From NCBI GenBank assembly GCA_963693365.1, contig CAVNZM010000013.1:2942722-3006721 (forward strand): 64,000 bases of DNA, read 5' to 3'. The number at the start of each line of letters is the position of its first letter. The stretch's first letter is position 1. The DNA comes from Amoebidium appalachense (lineage: Eukaryota > Protista > Ichthyosporea). Under the pieces are notes generated by a model. That model did no database searches. It had not been told where the DNA came from and worked only from the letters and a program-made list of their open reading frames with translations. This document shows positions 1 through 11,384 of the stretch, piece after piece. The translations under genes and the position numbers were made by a program.

Positions 1-100
1 CGGCCCTGACCTAGACCTACCTGCCCTGCCCGCGCCCCCCATCACAGGTGAGAACACTGGCGACATTCAGCCGGGCACACTCCCGCTTCCCCCCGCGGAT

Positions 101-817
101 GTGCTGGCAGATTTGCGCGCCAATCGTTTCGTCGACCTGTATAAGTTCACCCCCGCCGCCCTCCTGGCCCCATCCAAGAAAGGTCAGCATCTGCGCATGG
201 CCGACGACGGCAGCATCGAGACTTTTCGCCAAGACAAACCCGTTCCCCTGCGTTCACTCGTCATTTGGATCCAAGCTTGGACCCATTACATGGCCGCCAA
301 GCACCACCTCGGCCTCCCCACGGACAAAGACGTACTTTGGACTCAGCACATCACTCGCCTCAGCACCCGATACCCGTGGGCCCAGATCCACAACTATGAC
401 GTATACGCCCGCACCGTTGCCCACCAGCAGGGTCGGGCTCCGATCGAGTGTCCCAACCTGCTCGCCCAACTCCACCAGGATCTCCTCCTGCCACCCACTC
501 TGCTCATCCCGGACGCATGTCAGCGCTGTGGCTTCCCCGACCACCCCAGCGCGGCCTGCCCCATGTACCCCAAGCCCGGCTGTGGTCTTGACGGCTTTAA
601 GCCGCCCCACAAGCCCGGCGGGGGTCAAACCCCTAACCGCCCTGGCCCGCAACCCGGCCCGGCAAAACCGGCCCGACCCGTGGATCTACCCGCGACGCAC
701 TGCAGGAATTTCCACATTAACGGTCGGTCCTGCGCTAAGCAGCCCTGCCCCTTCTCCCACGTGTGCCCGCTCTGCTCTGGCACACACCCCCGCAAAGACT
801 GCAAGCACAATGCCTAG
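101..817 (+). CDS. Gag-like ORF of the YR retrotransposon (N-terminus probably upstream)
   Basis: Cys/His fingers (CQRCGFPDHPSAAC; CRNFHINGRSCAKQPCPFSHVCPLCSGTH) positioned upstream of the RT. Confidence 0.75.
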   Translation: MLADLRANRFVDLYKFTPAALLAPSKKGQHLRMADDGSIETFRQDKPVPLRSLVIWIQAWTHYMAAKHHLGLPTDKDVLWTQHITRLSTRYPWAQIHNYDVYARTVAHQQGRAPIECPNLLAQLHQDLLLPPTLLIPDACQRCGFPDHPSAACPMYPKPGCGLDGFKPPHKPGGGQTPNRPGPQPGPAKPARPVDLPATHCRNFHINGRSCAKQPCPFSHVCPLCSGTHPRKDCKHNA

Positions 818-1209
818 TCTACGCGCACACCCACACACACAGCTAGAACATAGGGGTTAGGAGCTAGGACACACGAGTACAGGGAAACGGAGCTCGGGAG
901 AACGGGCCAATAGGGCTGAGTACAAAATTTCGCAGGCCAACTACGGCGCCCGCGCGCGTCAAGAATAAATGTCCCTACACAAAGACGTTTATTCTGGCCA
1001 CTGCACATAATTTTACTCCCCCCCCCCATCCCACGAGCCTCCCCCCCCCTTACACTCACCTAGCACTCCCCCCCCCCCCCCTTCTTCTACCTCTGTGTCC
1101 GCCCACACCCCCGCGTGCTCGGGCACATTCCCCTGCACAGGGCCCCGCTGCCCTCCCTGCCAACCCTCACTTGGGCCCAGCTGCCCTACTCTAACCCCCC
1201 GGGGCCCTG

Positions 1210-1261
<52 letters not shown>

Positions 1262-1349
1262 CTGCCGGGATCTCCCTGAGGGTGCCCCACCCTTGCTAAC
1301 CACCCCTTCCCCCGAGGCTCAGACCCGGCGGCCCGCCCGCTGCCCCAGC

Positions 1350-2947
1350 ACCACATTGACACCTCCCGCCTCCGGGAACTGCTGGCCTCCTACCCAGACC
1401 AATCATTCGCCGCACAACTCCTCCACGATGTCGAATTCGGTGTCGACATCGGCTATCGCGGCCCCTCCACCTCTCGGGTGGGCCCCAACCTACCCACCAC
1501 CCCGGAGGCAGCTGCCGCTATCACGGCGGATATTGCCAAAGAAGTCGCCCTCGGCCACCTGCGCGGCCCCCTCTCCCCGGCCCAATTCTTTGACGAATTT
1601 CCGGTCCACCGTTCCTCCCCCATCGGCGCCGTTACCAAGAAAGGGAACCCCCCCAAGTACCGTCGAATCCACCACCTCTCCTGGCCCCGGGGTAGCAGTG
1701 TCAATGACAGCATCACCTACCCCGACGAACTTCAGTACATTCGCGCCCGGGATGTCACCCAGCTCATTCTCGACGCAGGCCCCGGCTGCTACATGGCCGT
1801 GGCAGATGTGCAGGCTGCCTTCCAGCACATGCCCATCCGACCAGAAGACCATCACTTAATGGCATTCAAATGGCAGGGGCATTTTTACGTTGAAACCAGA
1901 CTGCCCTTCGGCCTGAAATCTAGCCCAGCCATCTGGGAACGGATCGCGGCCACCCTACAGTGGCTGGCACACCAGCACGGTATTACCCTCATCCGCCACT
2001 AAGTAGACGACTGGATTATAGTCGCCCCCACCCAAGAGCAGTGCCAACGTCACCTATCCACCTTCCTGCAACTCTGCCGAGAGCTGCACATTGCCATCTC
2101 CGAAGACAAGATGCAGGGCCCGGCTACCCGTGTCGTCTTCATCGGTATCGAATTCGACTCCATCGCCATGGAGGCACGAATCCCGGCTTCCAAGCTCTCG
2201 GACCTACTCGACCTCACTTCCCACCCAAAGCCCACCATCACCATTCGGGACCTCCAGTCCCTCCTCGGCACACTCACCTGGTGTGCCCAGCTGGTTCCCC
2301 CCGGGAGGGCCTTCTCCCAGCGCCTATGGGCCCTTCTCCGGACCCACCCAAACCTTGCCGGCCACCACCACATACGACTGACTGCTGCCGCCCGGGCCGA
2401 CATAGCCGAATGGCACCAGTTCTTCACATCATGGAATGGGGTGCACCTCATCACACCCCCCACATACACCACCCTGGCCACCGATGCTGCCGGATCGGTG
2501 GGTCTAGGAGGCCACTGGCTCGACCAATGGTTCTTCATGCCCTGGTCCCCCTGTGGCACCCAAGCCCTCTATGCTCATGAGGGTAAACTCGGTTCTTCCG
2601 TCATCGAACTCCTGGCCATCGCAGCCGCCGTGGCCCTCTGGGCCCCCTCCTGGTCCACCCACCATGTCCGTATTTTATGCGACAACACGGGTGCTGTGTC
2701 TGACCTGCACTCCCGGTCTTCCCCCCACCCCGTGATGGCCAAACTTATTCGGTTCATCACCCGCATGGAAATGCAATACCAATTTACGTTACAGGCATCC
2801 TACCTACCAGGACCCCTCAACCATCTGGCCGATGCCATTTCTCGTAACCAACTTCCCCGGGCCCGACGACTCCGACCTTCCCTGCAACCGGAGCCCTGCC
2901 CCTTCCCCTCCTGGGTCCACGAGTTCCTATCCCTTCCCTTGGGCTAA
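1350..2947 (+). pseudogene. Reverse transcriptase/RNase H of the YR retrotransposon, with a premature stop in the catalytic YxDD
   Basis: KYRRIHHLSWP, ADVQAAF and LPFGLKSSP motifs; RH*VDD (TAA at 2000-2002 where YVDD is expected); RNaseH motifs TDAA, ELLAI, CDN and NHLADAISR in the same frame. Start approximate. Confidence 0.9.
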
Positions 2948-4031
2948 CCCCCCCCCCCCCCCCCCCCCAGATCTCCCGTTCCGGAGCAACGCTGGCAGAT
3001 TGGCCCCCCACTTTGCTCCGGCCGAGCTGCTTCGAGCCACCACTACCCTGCAGGAATGCCAGGCCCTGAGTCTCAACCTCGACTCTCGGGCCTTTTACTC
3101 CCGGGTGCAAAAAATGTTCATCGATTTCTGTGTGGCATCTCGGCTGCAATCCTCCTCCGGGTCCTCCCTCCCGGCCTCCCCACACACCGTGCAACTTTTT
3201 CTCGCCTGGTGTGCCCAACGAGGGGTACAGGCCTCTTCCTTAACCGGCTACAATTCGGCCATCACCAGGCTCCACCTCGACATGGGCCTCCCTGCTCCCT
3301 ACCCCCACGACAAGTCTCTGGCCTGGTTCCTACGGGGGGTGGGCAGATGGCAGCTTTCTCACAACATCCGACCCCGCTCATCCACCAGGGAACCCCTCCT
3401 GCCCTCCCACCTCAGCCTACTCCATGGCCAGTGCCCCACCAAGGCCTCCTCGGCCAATCTCCGGCTATGGACGGCCCTCATCGTCGGTTTCTGTGGTCTC
3501 CTCCGTTCAGGGGAATTTACCTCCAAGACCCTGACTTCTTTCGACCCGTCCCGTCACGTTAAACGGAAGGACGTGACCTTCAGCTACACCCCCACCGGTA
3601 CTTTGTCCCATGCCACCCTCCACCTGCCAACCTCTAAGACGGATGTACAGGCCCGAGGTGTCAACGTCACTCTAGCTGCCCTGCCCCTCACCCACTTCTC
3701 CCCAGCCCATCTCCTCCGGCAGTTCCTGGATACAACGTCCGGTCAACCCGACGACCCCCTCTTCAGTCTCGGTGGCATCCCCTACACCAAGAGTGCTTTC
3801 TCTGCCGACTTCCGTGCCCTCCTCTCCCGGGCAGGCCTCTCACCCTCCCGGTTTGCCGGACACAGCCTCCGCATCGGGGGGGCCACAGCACTGGCTGAGG
3901 CCGGGGTCGACGACTCCCGGATCAAACAACTCGGCAGGTGGTCCTCCGACTGTTTCCTGATCTATACCCGACTTCGTCCGGCCTCCATTGCTGCCACCAC
4001 CACACGTGTATTCGCCTCTATTCTTAAGTGA
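2832..4031 (+). CDS. Tyrosine recombinase of the YR retrotransposon
   Basis: GLLRSGE, SKTD, HSLRIGGAT and GRWSS..Y catalytic motifs; the ORF overlaps the end of RNaseH, as is typical. Confidence 0.95.
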   Translation: MPFLVTNFPGPDDSDLPCNRSPAPSPPGSTSSYPFPWANPPPPPPPDLPFRSNAGRLAPHFAPAELLRATTTLQECQALSLNLDSRAFYSRVQKMFIDFCVASRLQSSSGSSLPASPHTVQLFLAWCAQRGVQASSLTGYNSAITRLHLDMGLPAPYPHDKSLAWFLRGVGRWQLSHNIRPRSSTREPLLPSHLSLLHGQCPTKASSANLRLWTALIVGFCGLLRSGEFTSKTLTSFDPSRHVKRKDVTFSYTPTGTLSHATLHLPTSKTDVQARGVNVTLAALPLTHFSPAHLLRQFLDTTSGQPDDPLFSLGGIPYTKSAFSADFRALLSRAGLSPSRFAGHSLRIGGATALAEAGVDDSRIKQLGRWSSDCFLIYTRLRPASIAATTTRVFASILK

Positions 4032-4058
4032 AACCTTTGGAGCAAGCATACTGCTCTC

Positions 4059-4718
4059 GTGCCGTGGTTTACAACCATTGCAGGTTCACTTTCGTTCAAG
4101 GGGATGTCCCCCTAGAGGCAACACACGTCCCGGAGTAGTTTTCATAGAGGTTTTATTTGTGGAAATTATTGACATAAATATTTTTCTGGGTAAACGTGAC
4201 GTAGGATGGGTGTTCGATACCAACATAACCATGTAGGCTTCATTTCGTGTTTTAGCAGTTCGCGGTTGGCTGCCCGCACACGGGCACCTATTAGCCAATC
4301 AAAACATCAGATACCACAGATCACTAGACCGAGTTATGATTGGCTCGGATCAGATTTCACATATTGCTAGATCGATTTTGATTGGCTCAGATCGGTAGGC
4401 TTAGGTATATAAGCACGACAGTTTTTAGCAGATCAGCAAGCTACAAACACATCTTCTGTGTTTAGCATCCACAGCCTTACAGCTATATATTCCTTTTCAC
4501 CCACCCACCTACACCCACACTCAACCCCCATTGATCCACACATACGTGCTGTTTTTTCACGGGGCGAAGACTTCCCCCGTTTTTTGGGCACATGGACCTC
4601 ACGGATCAATAAATTGATGACTGGGGGCTTGCCGTGGTTTACAACCATTGCAGGTTCACTTTCGTCCAAGGGGATGTCCCCCTAGAGGCAACACACGTCC
4701 CGGAGTAGTTTTCATAGA
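4059..4718 (+). repeat. B1-A2-B2 terminal split direct repeats
   Basis: ~90 bp 'tgccgtggtttacaacc...ttttcataga' occurs at ~4059 and ~4630; A plus B recur inverted at 9033-9600. Confidence 0.9.
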
Positions 4719-5093
4719 TGAAATAACTATGAAAAGTGCCCGGGAACCATCGGTCCGGCTCCCAACTTGGCGGCTGGGAGAGGCCAGCGGGCGGTGATGG
4801 AACCGTGGACACGTTAGGAAGCGAAAATAGGGAAGCATAATAGTCATCGACGGATTCAGCAACGGAGATGGAAGGAGACGGGGCATAGACTTGCACGGAA
4901 GGCCCAAACCGACCGGCGGATTTCCAGACCGATAATGCTTCCTGTAGAGGCAACAACTGTCGTAGGGACTGCAAAACGTGAGACTGTCTCAGCCGAACGG
5001 AAGGGTACTCAACCGTGCCCACCACCTGCTCGCCAAGGGCAAATAGGAACTCAACAAACTCATTATAACAAACCTCGAAAATAGCCGGGTTCC

Positions 5094-5573
5094 CGTAAAC
5101 AACTGTACACATGAACTGTACATGTTTACTAAAGAATGTGATCTACTAGCACACGATTCGTGCTTTGTCATGAATATCACATAAATATTATGTCCGCACC
5201 AATAGGACTCACTCTGACCTAAGAATTGAACCATATATGGTTCTTCCGCTGCATACCACATAAACGAAGTGAACCAATAAGAGGTTTGCATAAATAGGAC
5301 AAAGGTCTGACTGGCTCGGACCGCACCAGAATCACGAATGGCATGTTGCCACCCGCGCTGGCCGCGGATGAACCAATCCTGGGCCTTGATCCGAAACCTG
5401 GGGGCTATATAAGAAAGCCGTCCCAGTACGGGGATCACATCAGTGAAGTCTGAGACAGACTGAGTCGGCCCATAGTAAAAGCAACCTGGCCGCGTGTGCC
5501 TTTCTACCCGTTCTCTGTCTTTATTTTGATTCAGTTGTACTCTGCCTTATCCTAACTAGTCCAACTGTTTACA
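5094..5573 (+). repeat. 5' LTR of the Gypsy element
   Basis: Near-identical to 8202-8681; (C/T)GTAAACA...TGTTTACA termini; TATATAA at ~5406. Confidence 0.95.
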
Positions 5574-8201
5574 TTGGCGACCGCGGCAGGACACTGTTAT
5601 ACATTGCCAACTGTTTACATTGGCGACCGCGCAGTTCAAGAATCTCGCATCCTTCGAATCTCACATCTTTCAATCAGTTCAAGAATCTCACATCTTTCAA
5701 TCAGCTCAAGAATCTCCCATGGCCGATCACAATCCTTTTTACCCCGATGATAGGCACATCTTTCCTTGTCCGGCTTAGAATATATACACCTACAAGTTTG
5801 AAGTGGCCAGCCCACCTACACGGAAAGAATTGAAAGCATGTAAAACTTCTTTTGCTACGACACATCAAAAATGTGAAGAAAAACGAATACACAACGAAAC
5901 AACGAATACACGAACAAACGAATAAAGAATTGCTAACGAAGCAATGAACCAACGAAAAACGAACCATCACGAATACGCAATGAAATAAAGAATTAACGAC
6001 AAACGATTGCATAGAGGAAATACGAAATGAATGCAACACGAAAACAAAACGAAGTAACGAAGTTATCAAACGACAAAAAACGAAAAACGAAAGCAAAATG
6101 AACTGGAAATACGAAAATGAAAGGACGAATGCACAACACTGCTTGGGTTGCAATGCACACAGCCCCCTCTATGTTAGGAAGAAAATAAAACCGTTGCCCT
6201 TGCGTGCATTGCCCTATTGCACACTGCCATCGTGTCCATGCCACCGCATGCACGTCCACACTCGCAAGCCAGATGCACAGGCCACTTTCAGCACAAATGC
6301 ACTTAACGAAGAAGATAGTCGCTGTTGCTATAGCATGTAGGACCTAAGATCTTATGAAAGTAGTGTTGCATGCATGCTTCGAATCCCTTGCTGTTCTCGA
6401 ATACAGCATGCCCCATAGTTTAGCGCCCAGGATGCACAACATGCGCATGAATGTATGCTGGCATGCCTAAACACATTACGAACATATGCCTGACTCATGT
6501 ATGGCGGCCCTTCCTGGTGCCACGCCCTAACGAATTTGCACTCTTGGTGCACAAAAGGCATGTAATAAAGTCGATGCAGAACTTTTGTTCATGCATGTGA
6601 AAAACAAAGAAGGTGTTGGGTACGAATTTTAAGGTGAATGCCCGTCTGTGGCAATACGGTGTAACATACCAATTACACTGTCAAGCCTTGCACTAGCTGC
6701 CGGCACACCCCCACCAGAACAAAAGAATGTGGTATGGGCACCGCTCCCTCACAACCCCATCATACAGTGTCAGTATTTTGGCTGGAAGCCTTTCAGTTTC
6801 GAATTACGAATACCCTCCTTCACTACTGAAGAAAGTGACGTGGAAGACAAATACGAATACGAATGCAAGGTGTTGTTGACTAACACATCGGACCATCATG
6901 TGTACCTACTAGGCCCTGGTACGGAGGTGACCATGTTATTCCCTTGCAATATGATGACACTGTAACAATTTAGCACGTGCATACCCCACCAATGGGCACA
7001 TGCGGGAGACAACCCCACAAGCTGCCTTATTGGGCACCTCTGCTAAAACGAATATTCTTCTCACGAAGGAACAGAAGAATGCCACGAACACGAACCACAC
7101 ACTCACCAGGCAGCTACTTACATCTAATGTATGTAAGAAGTAGGGTGTGTGAACGGGGTAACTTCATGAACACCAACACGAAAGAAAGCACAGCACAAAG
7201 CAGTTCCACGAATACGAATGGTTTTGGTATTCCACACAACGAACAGAACCTACAGTAGGGCCACCTACAAATGAAGCAGAGGATGGGGCACCATCCAGAC
7301 CTGCACTGGAGGATATGAAAACACGAAGCGCGCTCACGAAGTTGCTTACAAAAGAAAGGGCGACTCCGACGACTTTTCTTTTTAGGCCAAGCCTCCAGAA
7401 GAATGTATTATGCCTGGAATCCCCCTGCTCAACGAAAATGGCTGGCAAATGGGATACGAAAACTGCTCACGAATGGAAGCATGTGTTTTCTGAAGGAGGC
7501 TTGCTTTGCCTACCCTCTTCTTATGAATTATGAACCGGGCTTTTACTGGTTCTGACGGGCTGATATATTTCTTTATGTCGCCCAACGAAGAACATTTAGG
7601 GCATTCTTATTCGTGCTATTCCCGGCTCCGATGATGCAGGGTTAAAGCTGAAAGGAAAGAAGTGCTCTTTGTTCATGAAAGAAGTGGCTTTTCTGGCCAT
7701 GGTGACTCGCCTTAATGATCTTAAGGTAGAACCGGGATAAGGGGCAGCGCTAAGAAGCTATCCACCACTACCTGAGCTACGAAGTGACCTAAGGCTTGAG
7801 TTATATTCATTATCGAATGTTTGGTATGATCATTCATCCACACAACTAAATTACTCGCAATTGAAAACGAATCTGCGGGAGTGTCCTAAAAAGGAAAAAT
7901 TCCCAAAAAGAAAAATACTACTTCTACAGAAAAGCCAAGCACAGAGACGAAGCGAACAATTCGCACACACTCTGCAATAATCTTCGCCACGAAAATGAAA
8001 TCACAGAAGAATGCTGCATGAATTTACGTTTTGGCAAATGAAGAAGTGCTCATAGACGTGCACAACACTATTCAACCGTCCTTGCTCTGTTCTGCCCAGC
8101 AGCTCGGCGCACAGGAATTCTCGCTGAAGGTTGTTTATCGCCTCTCAGCCTGGTGGTTTGCTTGTCTAACGACACCACCAGGCTCCCGACAAGGGGGGGA
8201 G

Positions 8202-8681
8202 TGTAAACAACTGTACACATGAACTGTACATGTTTACTAAAGAATGTGATCTACTAGCACACGATTCGTGCTTTGTCATGAATATCACATAAATATTATG
8301 TCCGCACCAATAGGACTCACTCTGACCTAAGAATTGAACCATATATGGTTCATCCGCTGCATACCACATAAACGAAGTGAACCAATAAGAGGTTTGCATA
8401 AATAGGACAAAGGTCTGACTGGCTCGGACCGCACCAGAATCACGAATGGCATGTTGCCACCCGCGCTGGCCGCGGATGAACCAATCCTGGGCCTTGATCC
8501 GAAACCTGGGGGCTATATAAGAAAGCCGTCCCAGTACGGGGATCACATCAGTGAAGTCTGAGACAGACTGAGTCGGCCCATAGTAAAAGCAACCTGGCCG
8601 CGTGTGCCTTTCTACCCGTTCTCTGTCTTTATTTTGATTCAGTTGTACTCTGCCTTATCCTAACTAGTCCAACTGTTTACA
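8202..8681 (+). repeat. 3' LTR of the Gypsy element
   Basis: TG...CA with inverted termini, preceded by a PPT and followed by the TSD GTTCC. Confidence 0.95.
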
Positions 8682-10049
8682 GTTCCGCTGCGCACGGGCG
8701 TCGCGCACTGCGGCAAGAAAGAAGCCATGAACCGACTCATACTATCTCCTTGACAGCGAGTAACTGGTTTAACTTGTGCTTGAAACCGCGAGATAAGAGG
8801 CGGCGGTTATCTGAGTAGCCCCGCCGAAGTGAACAGGGAAGGAAACCGAAAATTCTACAGGGGAATGGTCCGAACTACGCCGTAAGGAATCGGGTGGGGA
8901 AATTACTCGAAGGGTGGAGTCCCAAAACGAGGCACCCCAGTCAGTCGCGTGGTTAACGAAAACGCGAGGAAGACGGACAAGGTGCTTTCGAAGAAGGTTG
9001 GCGAGGACACGAGCACGGTCAGAAAAAGGACGTCTATGAAAACTACTCCGGGACGTGTGTTGCCTCTAGGGGGACATCCCCTTGGACGAAAGTGAACCTG
9101 CAATGGTTGTAAACCACGGCAAGCCCCCAGTCATCAATTTATTGATCCGTGAGGTCCATGTGCCCAAAAAACGGGGGAAGTCTTCGCCCCGTGAAAAAAC
9201 AGCACGTATGTGTGGATCAATGGGGGTTGTGTGTGGGTGTAGGTGGGTGGGTGAAAAGGAATATATAGCTGTAAGGCTGTGGATGCTAAACACAGAAGAT
9301 GTGTTTGTAGCTTGCTGATCTGCTAAAAACTGTCGTGCTTATATACCTAAGCCTACCGATCTGAGCCAATCAAAAATCGATCTAGTGATATGTGAAATCT
9401 GATCCGAGCCAATCATAACTCGGTCTAGTGATCTGTGGTATCTGATGTTTTGACTGGCTAATAGGTGCCCGTGTGCGGGCAGCCAACCGCTAACTGCTAA
9501 AACACGAAATGAAGCCTACATGGTTATGTTGGTATCGAACACCCATCCTACGTGTTTACCCAGAAAAATATTTATGTCAATAATTTCCACAAATAAAACC
9601 AAACTGTGCTGGGGACGGGGTATGTTCCCTATCACACGGAACCACTGGACAATTGAAGTCACCAATAAAAACTTGAGAAACGGGAATTTGGTTAACCACG
9701 GCTGACAAAGTGGCAGTACCTAACGACGGAGGAAAGTACACGAAAGACAAAGTCCACGCACGAAACTGAATGGTGACGAAATACTCATGCGCCGCAATGA
9801 CCCTGCAATCCGAACGAATGCTAGGATTGGCTAAAACCGCGATGCCGCCTCGGGAGAAACCAGTCGATGACGAAGACCCAATCAAAAATCCGGATTGCTC
9901 CAACTGATGATGATTATAGAACCATGTCTCGGCAAGAACAACAAAAGAATAGGCACGAACAGAGTCAAAAATGTATTGCAATTGCGGGGATTGTAAACCA
10001 TGAACATTCCAAAAAAAAAAAAAGAAAGAGGTTGAGATTGTTGAGCCAT
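8682..10049 (-). pseudogene. LINE ORF2 apurinic endonuclease domain (interrupted)
   Basis: APE motifs N, ET, GDFN and SDH; frameshift in the T-run near 10010-10023; solo Ngaro repeat inserted at 9033-9600. Confidence 0.85.
9033..9600 (-). mobile_element. Solo A-B terminal repeat of the Ngaro-type element
   Basis: Near-identical inverted copy of 4149-4718; removing it restores the LINE frame (…PAQF|RPFSD…) with no TSD. Confidence 0.9.
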
Positions 10050-11156
10050 TTAATTTCCGGCAGCAGCCCGCGGTGCGCCAATCCGATCCAACCACGCACG
10101 ATAAAAAGCCGCCACCTCCTGGGACGCAGTCACATGGCGGGGGGATCCGTCCGCCCGCTCGAAAAAGGCCAGCTGTTTCTGCAACCGCCCGCGAAGCATG
10201 TCCACAGCGGTTTTGCCGGCGTCCATAAATTTCTGTTGTCGAATGTTACCGAGCGCATCAGGCTGAAAAGCCGCCGAGTCCAGAATTTCGAGGTGCAGAA
10301 GGTTGCGCAGCTTGGTACACAACTCAGCCTCGTAGTCCTCCTCAACAAGAAGCTCAAGCACACGGCCGCCGATGAAGGAATAATTGCGAATTTTGCTGGT
10401 ACGCACACGAATTGCCCGAAAATCTTGCTTGATCTGCGAGATGGGGCCGCGAGCAAGGGTGACGTAGACGGGTTTGAAAGCGGGAGAGTGAGCACGGGCT
10501 TGGTCCTGACGTGGCATGGGGTTGACAGGACGGGGACGGCACCGTTCGCGAAGGCGCTTGACAGCGGCCACGAAGCTGTCAACAGCCTCAGGCTTGCCCT
10601 TGACCGAGCCAACCTTGTTGGCCTCCTCACGAAGTGCGTCCTCCTCGGAGCGAGCAGCGACGGCAGCATAGGAAACGGGTATGGAATGGGCAGGGGGGGC
10701 GGCTCCGCGAATCTCCGACCGTTCCGGAATTACGGTGGGAATGCGAGGGCCACCACCGTGAGGGGGAGACGCCGCAGCAGCTGCCGCAGCGGCCGGCCCC
10801 ACCGGCTGAGGCTCACGGGAAGGCGAAGGCGTATCGATGAAACGAGCCAGGGTGGCGGTGAGTTCCTCCACCCGCTGCAGGAGCTCAGTCACTTGGATGC
10901 GAAGGCGGGCATTTTCATCACGTAGGTCCTTGAGTTGGTCTGTGTTGGTCTTGGGTTTCTTAGGGGCTGGGGTGGAAGGTTGTGGAGTAGACAACACAAC
11001 CTGCTGACTCGCCTGTTGGGACTCAAAATCCAGGATGTCGTCGGAGTTTTCAATAGCGAGGACACCAAGCCGGTTGGCATGGTGGGGCGGGGGGGACTGC
11101 TCGGGACTGTGCACCCGCTTGCCATCGAGAGGGACGAGGTCGTGCTGGGAGGCCAT
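10050..11156 (-). CDS. LINE ORF1 (coiled-coil nucleic-acid-binding protein)
   Basis: 368 aa with a coiled coil (LKDLRDENARLRIQVTELLQRVEEL) and SYAAVA motif; the TAA stop directly abuts the ORF2 ATG (TAAATG). Confidence 0.8.
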   Translation of the reverse strand: MASQHDLVPLDGKRVHSPEQSPPPHHANRLGVLAIENSDDILDFESQQASQQVVLSTPQPSTPAPKKPKTNTDQLKDLRDENARLRIQVTELLQRVEELTATLARFIDTPSPSREPQPVGPAAAAAAAASPPHGGGPRIPTVIPERSEIRGAAPPAHSIPVSYAAVAARSEEDALREEANKVGSVKGKPEAVDSFVAAVKRLRERCRPRPVNPMPRQDQARAHSPAFKPVYVTLARGPISQIKQDFRAIRVRTSKIRNYSFIGGRVLELLVEEDYEAELCTKLRNLLHLEILDSAAFQPDALGNIRQQKFMDAGKTAVDMLRGRLQKQLAFFERADGSPRHVTASQEVAAFYRAWLDRIGAPRAAAGN

Positions 11157-11384
11157 GGTGTTGGGCCTGAATAAAACAAAAGATGTAAAACGGTATATAT
11201 ACTGAAAGGGAATTCAAATCCGATGACGTAGGAAGTTAATCAATCAAGAAAGTCTCACTATGTTTTTCCTCATTAGTGGCGCTCTGAAAATGGTGGGACA
11301 CGTTTGACTTTTGGGCTTTCAGCGACAAACTTGCCAGTTTGCAATCATTGATGGTCCTACCGACATAATTTCACAGCCTGGTGT

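Larger units (their letters stand above)
1..4718 (+). mobile_element. DIRS-order tyrosine-recombinase retrotransposon, Ngaro/PAT-type with split direct repeats (5' end outside window)
   Basis: Gag-like, RT/RNaseH and YR ORFs followed by a B1-A2-B2 repeat arrangement (B ~4059-4148 and ~4630-4718; A ~4149-4629). Confidence 0.9.
5094..8681 (+). mobile_element. Non-autonomous decayed Ty3/Gypsy LTR retrotransposon
   Basis: 480 bp LTRs at 5094-5573 and 8202-8681; 5-bp TSD GTTCC; PBS TGGCGACC after the 5' LTR; [14 protein letters not shown] at 8191-8201; RT remnant AGLKLKGKKCSLFMKEVAFL at ~7636-7695. Confidence 0.92.
4719..11200 (-). mobile_element. APE-type non-LTR retrotransposon (LINE), fragmented by three nested insertions
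   Basis: ORF1 at 11156-10050. ORF2 pieces: 10049-9601 (WNVHG, LAETW, RGGIAV, VYFPP, IGDFN), 9032-8682 (SSDHSP) and 5093-4719 (linker, YYASLFS). The RT part presumably lies left of the Ngaro element. 5' boundary approximate. Confidence 0.85.

Noticed and set aside
4989-5438. Thrice-repeated ORF MIPVLGRLSY…
   Set aside because: An antisense reading of the Gypsy LTR; its recurrence reflects LTR copies.
9867-10925. 352-aa plus-strand ORF
   Set aside because: An antisense shadow of the GC-rich LINE ORF1.
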